The notes beneath the pieces were generated by a model. That model did no database searches. It was given only the letters and a program-made list of their open reading frames with translations, and was not told the origin of the DNA. From an uncultured Candidatus Saccharibacteria bacterium (GTDB taxonomy: Bacteria; Patescibacteriota; Minisyncoccia; Phycocordibacterales; Phycocordibacteraceae), in assembly GCA_964593365.1 (NCBI GenBank), contig CAZQGQ010000001.1, positions 50,153-114,152 on the forward strand: DNA of 64,000 nt, read 5' to 3'. A program made the position numbers and the translations under genes. Of the stretch, positions 54,564 to 64,000 are shown piece after piece; position 1 is the first letter of the stretch; each line of letters starts with the position of its first letter.

Positions 54564-55193
54564 ATGGAATCGATGCTTTTCACGATAGTAGTCCTCATTC
54601 TCTCGATCATCGTGCACGAGGTGGCTCACGGCTATGCCGCTGAGGCTCTCGGAGATCCGACCGCAAAACTGGCGGGTCGCCTCACCTTGAACCCCGTTCC
54701 TCATATAGATCCGATCGGATCCATCCTCATCCCGGCCGTCATGGTCCTTACTAACGCCGGCATGCTCTTCGGATGGGCAAAGCCCGTTCCCTATAACCCG
54801 CATAACCTGCGAAATAAGCGTTGGGGAGAAGCGATCGTCGGTATCGCTGGCGTTGCGACAAACATCCTCATCGCCGTTGTCTTCGCCTTTCTCGCACGTC
54901 TTGCCTTTGGAGCAGGGGAGGAAACATTTGGCGGCGTGCTTGCGACGGTGTCCTTGGTGAACTTATTCCTCGGTCTTTTCAACCTGATTCCATTTCCGCC
55001 TCTTGATGGGTTCACGGTGCTTCGCGGCATACTCCCGTATCGTTACGCGATCTCGATGCGTCACCTTGAAGAGCGCATGTGGGGCGGGGGGATCTTCACG
55101 CTCGTCATCTTCCTCCTGGTGTTCAGCTACGTGCTTGCGACACCGTTCTACAAGTTCGTCCTGTGGGTGTTCGGATTCCTGATCGGAGCCTAA
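54564..55193 (+). CDS. Site-2 protease family (peptidase M50) membrane metalloprotease
   Basis: HEVAHG (HExxH) in TM1; NLIPFPPLDG motif. Confidence 0.8.
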   Translation: MESMLFTIVVLILSIIVHEVAHGYAAEALGDPTAKLAGRLTLNPVPHIDPIGSILIPAVMVLTNAGMLFGWAKPVPYNPHNLRNKRWGEAIVGIAGVATNILIAVVFAFLARLAFGAGEETFGGVLATVSLVNLFLGLFNLIPFPPLDGFTVLRGILPYRYAISMRHLEERMWGGGIFTLVIFLLVFSYVLATPFYKFVLWVFGFLIGA

Positions 55194-55260
55194 TCCACAC
55201 GCCTCATTTGGGGGCTCTATATATTGGTACACTTAAGGGGTTACCCCTTAACCTCTTTCT

Positions 55261-55650
55261 ATGGAACTTACTTTCTTGCTCGCTAAGGTGTTCGGCCTCT
55301 ATGCCTTGATTACCGGTGTCGCGATCATCATGAACCGCAGGCACATCATGCTCGCGGTCGCGGCTTTGGTTGAAGAGCGCTTCGCCCAGCTTCTCACCGG
55401 TATCGTCTCGCTTCTCTTCGGTCTCTTCCTTATTAACATCCATAACGACTGGTCCACGTTCTTTACCGGACTCGTCTCGCTCTTTGGATGGCTCGCGTTT
55501 CTAAAAGGACTGTTCTATCTCTTCGCTCCTGAAGCTACGCTTGGAAGACTGATCAAGAAATTGAACGCACGCAAGTGGTACATGATCGACGGAGGCATCG
55601 CCGTCATCGCCGGTCTTTACTTGGCAGGAACCGCGTACGGCTGGTTCTAG
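55261..55650 (+). CDS. Hypothetical membrane protein (4 TM)
   Basis: 129 aa, hydrophobic helices. Confidence 0.45.
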   Translation: MELTFLLAKVFGLYALITGVAIIMNRRHIMLAVAALVEERFAQLLTGIVSLLFGLFLINIHNDWSTFFTGLVSLFGWLAFLKGLFYLFAPEATLGRLIKKLNARKWYMIDGGIAVIAGLYLAGTAYGWF

Positions 55651-56121
55651 CTAGTCCTCTTGGGGAGGAGTTGGATCCACGATTCGTTTCTGACTTACTC
55701 GCGCCAGACTCCCAGAAGGTCCTCGTGGTTGAGGACCTTTTGGCGTTTCCTCGAGAAGCCGGAGTGCTTCTGCAATCCATTCGCGCTGAACCTTCGGCGC
55801 ATACGGTGGGCCTTTTCCTCGTATGTTGTTCGACCATTCCCTTACGGCTCGTTCTACTATCCGCTTTTGGCTCTCTGGCGGGTAGAGCCACTCAAGCCAC
55901 TTCTTCGTTCTCGTGAAAGGCTCTTCTTGCTCCAGATTCTTAGTAATTACATCAAGCCTTCCTCGTCCATATCTTCCTACAGGCACTTCTTCTCCCGTTA
56001 CGGTTGCGATAGCTTTTTCTAGGGCAATGCTCACTTGATGAAGTGTGCGCGTATCGTCATATGCTTCTGCCGCTTTAGATTGACGGGCGTCTTGTGTAGG
56101 TTGGCGTTCCCCGGGCATCAT
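55651..56121 (-). CDS. Hypothetical protein (strand assignment uncertain)
   Basis: A 156 aa minus-strand ORF and a 120 aa plus-strand ORF (55660..56022) cover the same DNA. The minus ORF has more protein-like composition. Confidence 0.3.
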   Translation of the reverse strand: MMPGERQPTQDARQSKAAEAYDDTRTLHQVSIALEKAIATVTGEEVPVGRYGRGRLDVITKNLEQEEPFTRTKKWLEWLYPPESQKRIVERAVREWSNNIRGKGPPYAPKVQREWIAEALRLLEETPKGPQPRGPSGSLARVSQKRIVDPTPPQED

Positions 56122-56153
56122 GCGACCTAGTATAACTTGGTATAGTTATAACT

Positions 56154-56798
56154 ATGAAAATAACCAAGTACGGCCACTCCTGCCTCCTGATCGAAGAGAA
56201 TGGGGTACGGATCATCACGGACCCAGGGATCTGGAATACTACTCCTGACGCTACCGGGGTGAGCGCGGTGCTCATCACGCACGAACATCCAGACCATAGC
56301 GATGTGGAACAAGTCAAAGCAATCCTTGGGCGAAACCCAGAGGCGCAAGTCATTACGCATAAAGGCCTCGGATCGAAACTAGAAGAAGCTGGAATCGCCT
56401 ACACGGAAATCAAAGCCGGCGAAACAATCGACGTGCAGGGAGTGTCAGTGGAGAGCTGCGGGACCGATCACGCCATCATTTACGGAGACGCGTCCCCGTG
56501 CCAGAACACCGGGTATCTGATCGCGGGAAAATTGTTTGCGCCGGGAGATGCGCTGCATGACGTTCCTCCGGGACAGATAGAGATCCTCGCGCTTCCGTGC
56601 GGAGGTCCGTGGATGCGCTTCTCAGACGCGATCGATTACGCGAAATCTCTGAAGCCAAGGGTCGTGTTCCCGATACATGACGCCATGTACATCGAGGAAT
56701 TCCGAGGCGGACTCGTTCCCCGAGTCATCGGAGGAAGCCTTGAATCAGCCGGAATCTCTTTTATTGATATGCCAGCCGGGGCAACTAAAGAATTCTAA
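56154..56798 (+). CDS. MBL-fold metallo-hydrolase
   Basis: MKITKYGHSCLLIEENGVRIITDPG...VLITHEHPDHSD. Confidence 0.75.
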   Translation: MKITKYGHSCLLIEENGVRIITDPGIWNTTPDATGVSAVLITHEHPDHSDVEQVKAILGRNPEAQVITHKGLGSKLEEAGIAYTEIKAGETIDVQGVSVESCGTDHAIIYGDASPCQNTGYLIAGKLFAPGDALHDVPPGQIEILALPCGGPWMRFSDAIDYAKSLKPRVVFPIHDAMYIEEFRGGLVPRVIGGSLESAGISFIDMPAGATKEF

Positions 56799-56800
56799 CT

Positions 56801-57184
56801 ATGCTACGAAACGTACTACTTCTATTTGTTACGACACTCATCCTGGGCGTCGCGATTGGCTACTTCTTTGGCTTTGGCAATGGTATTGAGAAAGGAGAGC
56901 CTACGTACATTTCTTCCTTTGAAGAATGCAAAGCAGCAGGATATCCAATAATGGAAAGCTATCCCGAGCAGTGCAACACGCCCGACGGAAAACACTTCGT
57001 GCAAGATGTAGAAGAAACTACACCAGAGGAAGAAACACCCGTGACTCCTGTTGTGCCAAGAAATCCTGGCGCCGTTAAACCTGAACCCGTCTTTTGCACC
57101 ATGGATGCAAAGATCTGCCCGGACGGAACCGGGGTAGGGCGTGTCGGTCCTAACTGCGAGTTTGCGCCGTGCCCTGGTGAATAG
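56801..57184 (+). CDS. Small membrane-anchored protein with a C-terminal Cys motif
   Basis: N-terminal TM helix, Glu/Pro/Thr-rich linker, CTMDAKICPDGTGVGRVGPNCEFAPC. Confidence 0.4.
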   Translation: MLRNVLLLFVTTLILGVAIGYFFGFGNGIEKGEPTYISSFEECKAAGYPIMESYPEQCNTPDGKHFVQDVEETTPEEETPVTPVVPRNPGAVKPEPVFCTMDAKICPDGTGVGRVGPNCEFAPCPGE

Positions 57185-57186
57185 GC

Positions 57187-57942
57187 TTAGCTCAGTTTCA
57201 GAAATTCAGCTTTCCCCCACACGTTCCAAAAGTATTCGCGGTACTGTTCCGCAAGAGTCTTGCTCTTTATGTGAACAACCAATGGATCCACGGCCGGCGT
57301 AACGATGTACACATGGTCTCCTGCAAGCCACGCGGTATGCGGAAGCTTGTACGCGTCATCAGCAACTTTGCATGAATACGGATTTTTTAAATAGGGGCCA
57401 ATGAATTCTATTGCTTTATCACGTTCGTTTTCAAAAAAAAGTATCTGCGTATCAATCCCCATCCGTTTGAGTTTACGCACTTCAGCAACGTGTGCTCCAA
57501 AGTTTGTTTTCATACTCTCAAACCATCCCTTACATTCTCCGCGAATAGAAATATACTCGCCCGCTTCGATAGCGCGAAGTCTAAAGTCAGCAATACCTTG
57601 CATGTAACTTTCATTGCCACTGAAGAGTTCAACTCGTTCCTTGTCGTCTTGTTCTCGACGTTGAATTTGTTCAACCAATTCAATTGCCAGAACCTCTTTT
57701 TGTTTTAAATCGCTCAAAAAACGTTGCGGATCTGAAATGCTGTAGAGGTTTTTCCCATTTCGTTTCAGTACAACGATAAGTTTCTTGCTCTCGAGGCTCT
57801 CAAGAGCGTTGTAGATAACTTGCCGGTGCTTTTTTGTTTTGTGGACGATAGGAGCCACAAAACAGGGCCCAACCTCAGTTATCGTTTCATATACCTCCGC
57901 TTCGATAGGGGAAAGCCCAAGCTGAATCAAGGTGTCAATCAT
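57187..57942 (-). CDS. TrmB/MarR-like wHTH regulator. Cassette 8 regulator.
   Basis: MIDTLIQLGLSPIEAEVYETI...KKHRQVIYNALESLESKKLI. Confidence 0.65.
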   Translation of the reverse strand: MIDTLIQLGLSPIEAEVYETITEVGPCFVAPIVHKTKKHRQVIYNALESLESKKLIVVLKRNGKNLYSISDPQRFLSDLKQKEVLAIELVEQIQRREQDDKERVELFSGNESYMQGIADFRLRAIEAGEYISIRGECKGWFESMKTNFGAHVAEVRKLKRMGIDTQILFFENERDKAIEFIGPYLKNPYSCKVADDAYKLPHTAWLAGDHVYIVTPAVDPLVVHIKSKTLAEQYREYFWNVWGKAEFLKLS

Positions 57943-57995
57943 GAGAGATGGTTTATAGGGCCTTATTGCTTACTTTTTCACTGAACTGTCAAGCT

Positions 57996-58013
57996 GTCAA
58001 TAGAACCTATAGA
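57996..58013. promoter_or_regulatory. Direct repeat CTGTCAAGCTGTCAAT (TGTCAA half-sites)
   Basis: Lies in the divergent intergenic region of cassette 8. Confidence 0.35.
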
Positions 58014-58046
58014 CACTTGATGATTTTTTCTTAAGAATGATGACCT

Positions 58047-59183
58047 ATGAACCACAAAGCCATAGCGGGGGCCGGGCTGATCGCTTTTGCAGCGCTTCTC
58101 ATCCTTGTGCTCGCACCACAATCCCAAGAAAAGGGAATTATTCAAATTGGCGTCATTGCACCTCTTACCGGGCCTGGAGCAAGCCTTGGGGAATGGATGA
58201 TTGACGGCGTCACGTTCGCACAAGAGGAGATTAATGCTAAAGGAGGCATAAACGGAAAGAGAGTAGAACTAGTGATTGAAGACGATAAGTGTAACGGCAA
58301 ATCTAGTGTCGATGCCTATAACAAGCTACGCACACAGAACATTGTTTATTTTATTGGCCCCCTTTGTGGCGCAGCCCGAGTACCAGTGCTTGAAGTTGCT
58401 GAAAGGGAGGAGACCGTTCTCATTACGACCGGGTTGGCACTGGATACTGCGCCAAAAACAAGTGCACACACATTCAATGTTCTCCCTTCTGCGTGGTCTG
58501 TTGCACAAAAAATTGTCGAATTTGCTGCAGCGGAAGGCTATACAGTCTTATCTGTTTTGTATTCGGATGACGAGTACGGTAAAGAAAATGACTTGGCGAT
58601 AAAACAGTATGCTGAGCAGCACAACCTTAAACTTATCTCCGTAGAGAAGCACGCTCGAGGTAGCGTTGACTTACGTACGCAGATACTCAAGTTCAAGAAC
58701 GATGAAAGCCAGGCTGTTGTTGCTGCTGCTTTTGGTCCCGAATACGCAGTGTTCCTAAAGCAGGCGAGCGAACTTGACCTCAACAAACCTATCTTTGCTG
58801 TATCCAGTATCCAAGTACCTGAAGCGGCAATAGCTAGTCAACAGACAGAAGAAAAAGTCTTCTATTCATATCCCTCAGTTTCCAATCTAGATTCCGTAGT
58901 TGCGTTTGCTGAAAAGTTTAGATTGGAAGATAAAGACGCTTCCTTATTCTTGCCCATGTATATCGGAGCTGGATACGATGCCCTGACACTTCTTGTCGGA
59001 GCATTAGATACATGTGGCATCAACGACCAGTCGTGTGTAAATGAGACTCTTGCTGCGACGGAAGGATATAAAGGTGCAAACGGCTTGGTGTCTTTTGATG
59101 TGGACGGCAACAACCTAGCAGAGTCATCTATGGAAGTAAGGACCTTATATAAAGGTGAGTTTGCACAGTATGTACCAGAGTAA
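58047..59183 (+). CDS. PBP1/LivJ-family substrate-binding protein. Cassette 8 SBP.
   Basis: MNHKAIAGAGLIAFAALLILVLA...IQIGVIAPLTGPGASLGE...GGINGKRVELVIEDDKC. Confidence 0.8.
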   Translation: MNHKAIAGAGLIAFAALLILVLAPQSQEKGIIQIGVIAPLTGPGASLGEWMIDGVTFAQEEINAKGGINGKRVELVIEDDKCNGKSSVDAYNKLRTQNIVYFIGPLCGAARVPVLEVAEREETVLITTGLALDTAPKTSAHTFNVLPSAWSVAQKIVEFAAAEGYTVLSVLYSDDEYGKENDLAIKQYAEQHNLKLISVEKHARGSVDLRTQILKFKNDESQAVVAAAFGPEYAVFLKQASELDLNKPIFAVSSIQVPEAAIASQQTEEKVFYSYPSVSNLDSVVAFAEKFRLEDKDASLFLPMYIGAGYDALTLLVGALDTCGINDQSCVNETLAATEGYKGANGLVSFDVDGNNLAESSMEVRTLYKGEFAQYVPE

Positions 59184-59243
59184 GTAACTGCCAGTGTTTT
59201 CGTTATTGTCTCAAATCAAGCGACTTCAGCTATAATTAGGGGA

Positions 59244-59963
59244 ATGGGTCTCTCCTTACTTCAGCTCGCCGAGATCGTCATCGTAGTAGCGCTTTTGGGC
59301 GTCGTGACGTATTGGTCAGCCAATACCTTTATGAAAGCCCGGGCGTCAAAGGCAATCATGGAAGACACGGTTCCGTTTAAGAACGAAACAGAGGATCATC
59401 GAGCGACCTTGCTTGTCATCGGGGATTCAACGGGAGTCGGAGTCGGAGCAGATAAGCCAGAAGACACGGTTCCCGCATTGCTTGCCCACTACCTTGGCGC
59501 AACGCATGTCGAGAACCTTTCGGTGACCGGTGCGGGCGTTGAAGATCTTCCGAAACAAATCGCACAAGCGAAACTCGCACGCTACGACACCATCCTTATA
59601 CAGGCAGGCGGCAATAACATACTCGCCTTCGATGATGTGCGTTGGGCCGGGCGCGTGCTCGGAGACGTACTTGCCGACCTTCCGAAAGCCGACAAGAGAA
59701 TCCTTATGTCTGCGGGAAATGCAGGAGGCGCGACCATCTTCCCGCCGCCCGTGCGCCCCTTCCATACCTGGGTCAACAAGCGCTATCACAAGGAATTCGA
59801 GCGCGTCGCTCACGCTTGGGGCGTAACCTATGTAAACCTGTACGAATCTCCCGAAACCGACCCGTTTCTTAAAAATCCCGGCTACTACCTCTCTGAAGAC
59901 GGGCTCCATCCTTCCTCCGAAGGGTACAAGCTCTGGTTCGAGAAAGTGAAGGAAGCGCTGTAG
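59244..59963 (+). CDS. SGNH/GDSL-family hydrolase, membrane-anchored
   Basis: N-terminal TM helix; [13 protein letters not shown] is the GDS block. Confidence 0.65.
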   Translation: MGLSLLQLAEIVIVVALLGVVTYWSANTFMKARASKAIMEDTVPFKNETEDHRATLLVIGDSTGVGVGADKPEDTVPALLAHYLGATHVENLSVTGAGVEDLPKQIAQAKLARYDTILIQAGGNNILAFDDVRWAGRVLGDVLADLPKADKRILMSAGNAGGATIFPPPVRPFHTWVNKRYHKEFERVAHAWGVTYVNLYESPETDPFLKNPGYYLSEDGLHPSSEGYKLWFEKVKEAL

Positions 59964-60039
59964 GTTGGCTCTGTTTGCATTCCGAAAGGGCCTCCTATAT
60001 AGTGTCTTCAATCCCGCTAGGGCGGGATTTTATCTACAA

Positions 60040-60450
60040 ATGGCAACCATCAACCAGCTTGCAAAGAAGCGCCGCAAGGACAAACCACGAAAATCAAAGG
60101 TCGTGGCACTTGGTCGTGGGTTCAACCATCTTGAAAACCGCCCTACGTTCTATCCAGCTCCGTTCAAGCGCGGTGTCTGCACAAAAGTGACCACGAAGAC
60201 CCCTCGCAAGCCGAACTCTGCTATCCGTAAGATCGCTCGCGTACGCCTTACTAACGGCATGGAAGTGACAGCCTACATCCCAGGAGAAGGGCACAACCTC
60301 CAGGAGCACTCCGTGGTCATGCTTCGCGGTGGCCGTGTGAAGGACATCGGTGTCCAGTACACCATCGTTCGTGGACGCCTTGATACCGCCGGCATCGAGA
60401 AGCGCCGCCGCGGACGATCCCGTTACGGAGCTAAGAAGCCAAAGGCATAA
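60040..60450 (+). CDS. rpsL: 30S ribosomal protein S12
   Basis: [27 protein letters not shown]...[35 protein letters not shown]. The upstream extension of the track ORF is spurious. Confidence 0.9.
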   Translation: MATINQLAKKRRKDKPRKSKVVALGRGFNHLENRPTFYPAPFKRGVCTKVTTKTPRKPNSAIRKIARVRLTNGMEVTAYIPGEGHNLQEHSVVMLRGGRVKDIGVQYTIVRGRLDTAGIEKRRRGRSRYGAKKPKA

Positions 60451-60462
60451 TTTTCATAGACC

Positions 60463-60927
60463 ATGCGACGCCCCATCAAGAACAAGCATCCTCGCGTTCC
60501 AGACGCTGAATACAAATCAGAAGCGATCACGCGCTTTATTAATACCGTCATGCTCTCGGGCAAGAAGGATACGGCTCGCCGTGTCGTCTACGCTGCGCTC
60601 AACAAGATAAAAGCAGATGGCGTTGATCCGCTTGAGACCTTTGAGACTGCAATCCGCAACGTGTCTCCGCTCATGGAAGTCCGCTCACGACGTGTCGGAG
60701 GCGCAAACTACCAGGTTCCTCGCGAAGTGCCCCAGCAGCGCCGCGTATCGCTTGCGTACCGCTGGCTCATCAACGCAGCACGCGCAAAGAAAGGAAAGCC
60801 GATGCACGAGAAGCTTGCCGCTGAGATTTTGATGGCTGCTAAGAACGAAGGAGAAGCAATCAAGAAGAAAGACGACATGCACCGCATGGCAGAAGCCAAC
60901 AAGGCGTTCGCCCACTTCGCCTGGTAA
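60463..60927 (+). CDS. rpsG: 30S ribosomal protein S7
   Basis: MRRPIKNKHPRVPDAEYKSEAITRFINTVMLSGKKDTARRVVYAAL... Confidence 0.9.
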   Translation: MRRPIKNKHPRVPDAEYKSEAITRFINTVMLSGKKDTARRVVYAALNKIKADGVDPLETFETAIRNVSPLMEVRSRRVGGANYQVPREVPQQRRVSLAYRWLINAARAKKGKPMHEKLAAEILMAAKNEGEAIKKKDDMHRMAEANKAFAHFAW

Positions 60928-60930
60928 AAC

Positions 60931-60957
60931 AAAAACCGCCTTCGGGCGGTTTTTAGT
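60931..60957 (+). terminator. Rho-independent terminator / attenuator after rpsG
   Basis: AAAAACCGCC-ttcg-GGCGGTTTTTAGTT. Confidence 0.6.
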
Positions 60958-61323
60958 TGTCATTCGCTGCTTCGTTCGGATCCTCGTCACTAATAAGAGG
61001 AGGAGCGAGCGAGAAGCCTTTTTGGGTAAGGATCGGCTCGAGGTCTCCCTCAGCCTCCCATTCCGTGCCGTTTTCGTCCCACGCAAGGGTAGACGCGGAA
61101 TCAATGCCGGTAAATATATCGAAGGTCAGCGGTATGCCTTTCGATTCCGATCCGTCCCGGACCCGTTTAAATGATAGACCCTGAAGAATCTCGGACGCCT
61201 TTGGTATGCCTTCTCCCATAGTCGCTTCAGGGTAGCACAACCGCTCCTGAAGTTGCTTTTTAGCTCCCGAATCAGTATCTTGTAGTTAACGCCTCGGCGC
61301 CTTTTTATTTACACATCTACTCT

Positions 61324-63471
61324 ATGAATCGCGATTATCCACTCGAGAAAGTCCGCAACTTCGGTATCGTCGCCCACGTTGACGCTGGGAAGACCACCAC
61401 GTCTGAACGCGTGCTTTTCTACACGGGCTCACAGCACAAGATCGGAGAAGTGCACGAAGGCGAGACTACGACCGACTGGATGGAACAGGAGCGCGAGCGC
61501 GGCATCACGATTACCGCAGCCGCTATTACCTGCTTCTGGACGCGAACGAATGAGCCGGATAAAAAGGACACCGCTAAGAAGTACCGCTTCAACGTTATCG
61601 ACACCCCGGGCCACATCGACTTCACTGCAGAAGTGAAGCGCTCTATGCGTGTCTTGGACGGCGCCATCGTCGTCTTTGACGGCGTTGCCGGCGTTGAGCC
61701 TCAGTCAGAAACCAACTGGCGTTACGCTGACGAAGCGAAGGTTCCGCGCGTCTGCTTCATCAACAAGCTCGATCGCACCGGCGCATCGTTCGAAGACTCA
61801 TATGCTTCGATCCTCGACCGACTCTCAAAGAAGGCGGTCCGCATGCAGATCCCGATTGGTGCTGAAGGAAACTTCGAAGGCGTCGTCGACCTCCTCACCA
61901 TGAAGGCATTTAGCTTCAGCGGCAGCATGGGAGAGATCGTAACCGAAGGAGAAATTCCTGCAGAACTTCTTGAAGAAGCTAAAAAGTTCCGCGCAGAATT
62001 GATCGAGCGCATCGTCGAGCATGATGAAGCACAGATGGCAGCTTTCTTCGAGGGCAATGAGCCATCAGTCGAGGAACTCAAGAAGACGCTCCGCAAGGCC
62101 GTCATCAATAACGAGATCTTCCCGGTCTACACGGGTTCAGCTCTTAAGAATAAGGGCGTGCAGCTCGTTCTCGACGCTGTCGTCGATTACCTCCCATCTC
62201 CAGTTGATTTGGCAGATGTAAAAGGTATCAACCCAAAGACAGGCGAGGAGATTACTCGAAAGGCAGACGACTCTGAGCCGTTTACCGCGCTTGCCTTCAA
62301 GCTCCAGACCGACCCATTCGTGGGAGCCCTTACCTTCTTCCGCGTGTACGCGGGAACCGTGTCCGCTGGTTCCTATATCTATAACGCAAACACGGGAACT
62401 AAGGAGCGTGTTGGTCGCATCGTGCGATTGCAGGCTGATAAGCGCGAAGAAGTGCAGCAGGTGTTTACCGGAGAAATCGCATCGTTTGTAGGTCTTAAGG
62501 ATACGAAGACGTCTCACACGCTCTGCGATGAGAACAATCCGATCATCCTCGAGCAGATCAAATTCCCAGAGCCAGTGGTGTCGCTTCGCATCGAGCCTGC
62601 AACGAAGGCCGACCAGGAGAAGATGGGTATCGCGCTTAAGAAATTGTCTGACGAAGATCCAACCTTCAAGATCTCTTCTGACGAGGAGACTGCCGAGACC
62701 ATCATCTCAGGCATGGGCGAGCTTCACCTCGAGATTCTCGTTGACCGCATGAAGCGCGAGTTTAGCGTCACTGCTAACGTCGGACGCCCCCAGGTGGCCT
62801 ACCGCGAGACGATCATGGGTTCTGCTGACGCTGAAGGAAAGTACATCAAGCAGACGGGAGGTAAGGGTCAGTACGGCCACGTGAAGATCAAGATGAAGCA
62901 CCTTGAGCCGCTTGATCCTGAGGCGAAGATCCCAAAGAACGTCACGCGTGAGGACCATTTCGAGTTCATCAACAACATCAAAGGAGGCGCGATTCCGGGA
63001 GAATTCATCAACCCGATCGAGAAGGGTATTCGCGAGGCAATGACCCGCGGCACGCTCGCCGGCTATCCGATGGTGGATGTCTCCGTTGACCTCTATGACG
63101 GTTCCTTCCACGATGTGGACTCCTCAGAAATCGCCTTCAAGATCGCAGCGTCCATGGCCTTCCAGGAAGCAGCTCTGAAGGCAAAGCCGGTTATCCTTGA
63201 GCCGATCATGAGCGTCGAAGTAGTCGTTCCTGAGCAGTTCATGGGTGACATCACAGGCTCTCTCTCCGCAAAGCGCGGAGCGATCGAAGGTATGGAGGAT
63301 CGCGGCATGAACAAGGCTATTCACGCCAAGGTGCCGCTCTCAGAAATGTTCGGGTTTACCACAACCCTTCGCTCTATGACTGAAGGACGCGGAAGCATGA
63401 CCATGGAATTCGACCACTATGAAGTGGTTCCAACCAACGTTGCGCAGGAAATCATCGCAGCGCGAAAATAA
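61324..63471 (+). CDS. fusA: Elongation factor G
   Basis: 715 aa. NFGIVAHVDAGKTTTSERVL, DTPGHIDF, and downstream domains. Confidence 0.95.
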   Translation: MNRDYPLEKVRNFGIVAHVDAGKTTTSERVLFYTGSQHKIGEVHEGETTTDWMEQERERGITITAAAITCFWTRTNEPDKKDTAKKYRFNVIDTPGHIDFTAEVKRSMRVLDGAIVVFDGVAGVEPQSETNWRYADEAKVPRVCFINKLDRTGASFEDSYASILDRLSKKAVRMQIPIGAEGNFEGVVDLLTMKAFSFSGSMGEIVTEGEIPAELLEEAKKFRAELIERIVEHDEAQMAAFFEGNEPSVEELKKTLRKAVINNEIFPVYTGSALKNKGVQLVLDAVVDYLPSPVDLADVKGINPKTGEEITRKADDSEPFTALAFKLQTDPFVGALTFFRVYAGTVSAGSYIYNANTGTKERVGRIVRLQADKREEVQQVFTGEIASFVGLKDTKTSHTLCDENNPIILEQIKFPEPVVSLRIEPATKADQEKMGIALKKLSDEDPTFKISSDEETAETIISGMGELHLEILVDRMKREFSVTANVGRPQVAYRETIMGSADAEGKYIKQTGGKGQYGHVKIKMKHLEPLDPEAKIPKNVTREDHFEFINNIKGGAIPGEFINPIEKGIREAMTRGTLAGYPMVDVSVDLYDGSFHDVDSSEIAFKIAASMAFQEAALKAKPVILEPIMSVEVVVPEQFMGDITGSLSAKRGAIEGMEDRGMNKAIHAKVPLSEMFGFTTTLRSMTEGRGSMTMEFDHYEVVPTNVAQEIIAARK

Positions 63472-63489
63472 GAAAGAAGGTTGAAATTG

Positions 63490-63524
63490 AAAACACCCCG
63501 TCCTTTCCGTTCGGGGTGTTTTCG
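63490..63524 (+). terminator. Rho-independent terminator after fusA
   Basis: AAAACACCCCG-tcctttccgtt-CGGGGTGTTTTCG. Confidence 0.6.
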
Positions 63525-63840
63525 CATTTGCAGAGCAGCTTAGTTCGGAGTCACCCATGGGCGGCTCTCACGTCGTAGTCCTTGATGAACAGCGGTAAAA
63601 ACGCCATAGCACCAAAGACGAGGAACATGAAAGCGGTACCGATGAATGGTCCGATCGTTTGGATCACCTGGTCCATGACCAAGGTCCTTCTTCTGCAGAA
63701 GCGAGGTTGTGCTTCCATTTTTTACTATACCCTACGAGAAAGAAGCGAATGATGAATGGGGTCCAGTTATACCCACCTCCCAGGCTACGGACCCCCTTGC
63801 CAAATAGGCATAGTATGTGTGATAATCCACATTACCACTA

Positions 63841-64000
63841 TGGCTAGAGCTACTCTCGGGGGTATTTTTGAATCGAGCGCAAAGATTGCGGAGAAAAAGG
63901 CCCGTCTTGAAGCTGAAACGCCTGCAGCAGAAACCCCTGAAGCTATACGCGCAGCGGGAAGGAACTATCGTCGCTTTGAAGTCATGGCACGGCGCCCAGG
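63841..64000 (+). CDS. Partial ORF (5' end only), hypothetical. Not EF-Tu-like.
   Basis: MARATLGGIFESSAKIAEKKARLEAETPAAE... runs off the window end. Confidence 0.25.

Noticed and set aside
1-64000. Search for CRISPR arrays, rRNA genes, transposases/integrases and prophage genes
   Set aside because: I saw no direct-repeat/spacer periodicity, no rRNA-like conserved stretches, and no ORF with transposase, integrase, recombinase or phage structural motifs. The window appears to be chromosomal backbone plus the cassette array.

Overview
This 64 kb window looks like a reduced-genome monoderm bacterium, possibly CPR/Patescibacteria. That is inferred from gene content, TTG/GTG starts, solute-binding proteins (SBPs) anchored by a transmembrane helix, and a type IV pilus plus comEC toolkit. 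I found no rRNA, CRISPR array or mobile element. Almost all intergenic gaps carry clean GC-rich hairpin-plus-U-tract terminators.

Main contents, in order:
- A very large secreted surface protein gene running off the left edge (<1..3360, minus strand).
- Housekeeping genes: xth, cca, a four-tRNA cluster (Arg-TCG, Gly-GCC, Pro-TGG, Gly-TCC), a trypsin-like protease, an RluB/RsuA-type pseudouridine synthase, a PH-domain membrane protein, rarA, hup, rny, clpP, a NUDIX hydrolase, ppa and nusA.
- A peptidoglycan-binding protein with a ~300 aa poly-Asp/Glu repeat tail.
- A type IV pilus block: pilB, a lipoprotein, pilC and three pilin-like genes, two of them very large.
- tpiA-pgk, a HIT protein, recJ, rnhA, comEC, an Fe/Mn superoxide dismutase, rpmB, an M50 protease, MBL and SGNH hydrolases, and rpsL-rpsG-fusA.

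The stand-out feature is an eight-fold repeated cassette. Each copy pairs a ~250-275 aa TrmB/MarR-like winged-helix regulator with a divergently transcribed, membrane-anchored LivJ/PBP1-type SBP. Six cassettes sit back to back at 31.3-46.8 kb; outliers lie at 14.9-17.0 kb and 57.2-59.2 kb. All eight share a single Liv-type ABC translocator (livH, livM, livG, livF) whose genes are split across three places inside the array. A TTGTC(G/A)A(C) motif recurs in seven of the eight divergent promoter regions. Cassettes are separated by strong terminators.

Other notable points: comEC separated from its MBL-domain partner by a convergent, overlapping sod gene; CCA encoded in only one of the four tRNAs next to the cca gene; and a ~390 bp non-coding gap between xth and cca.
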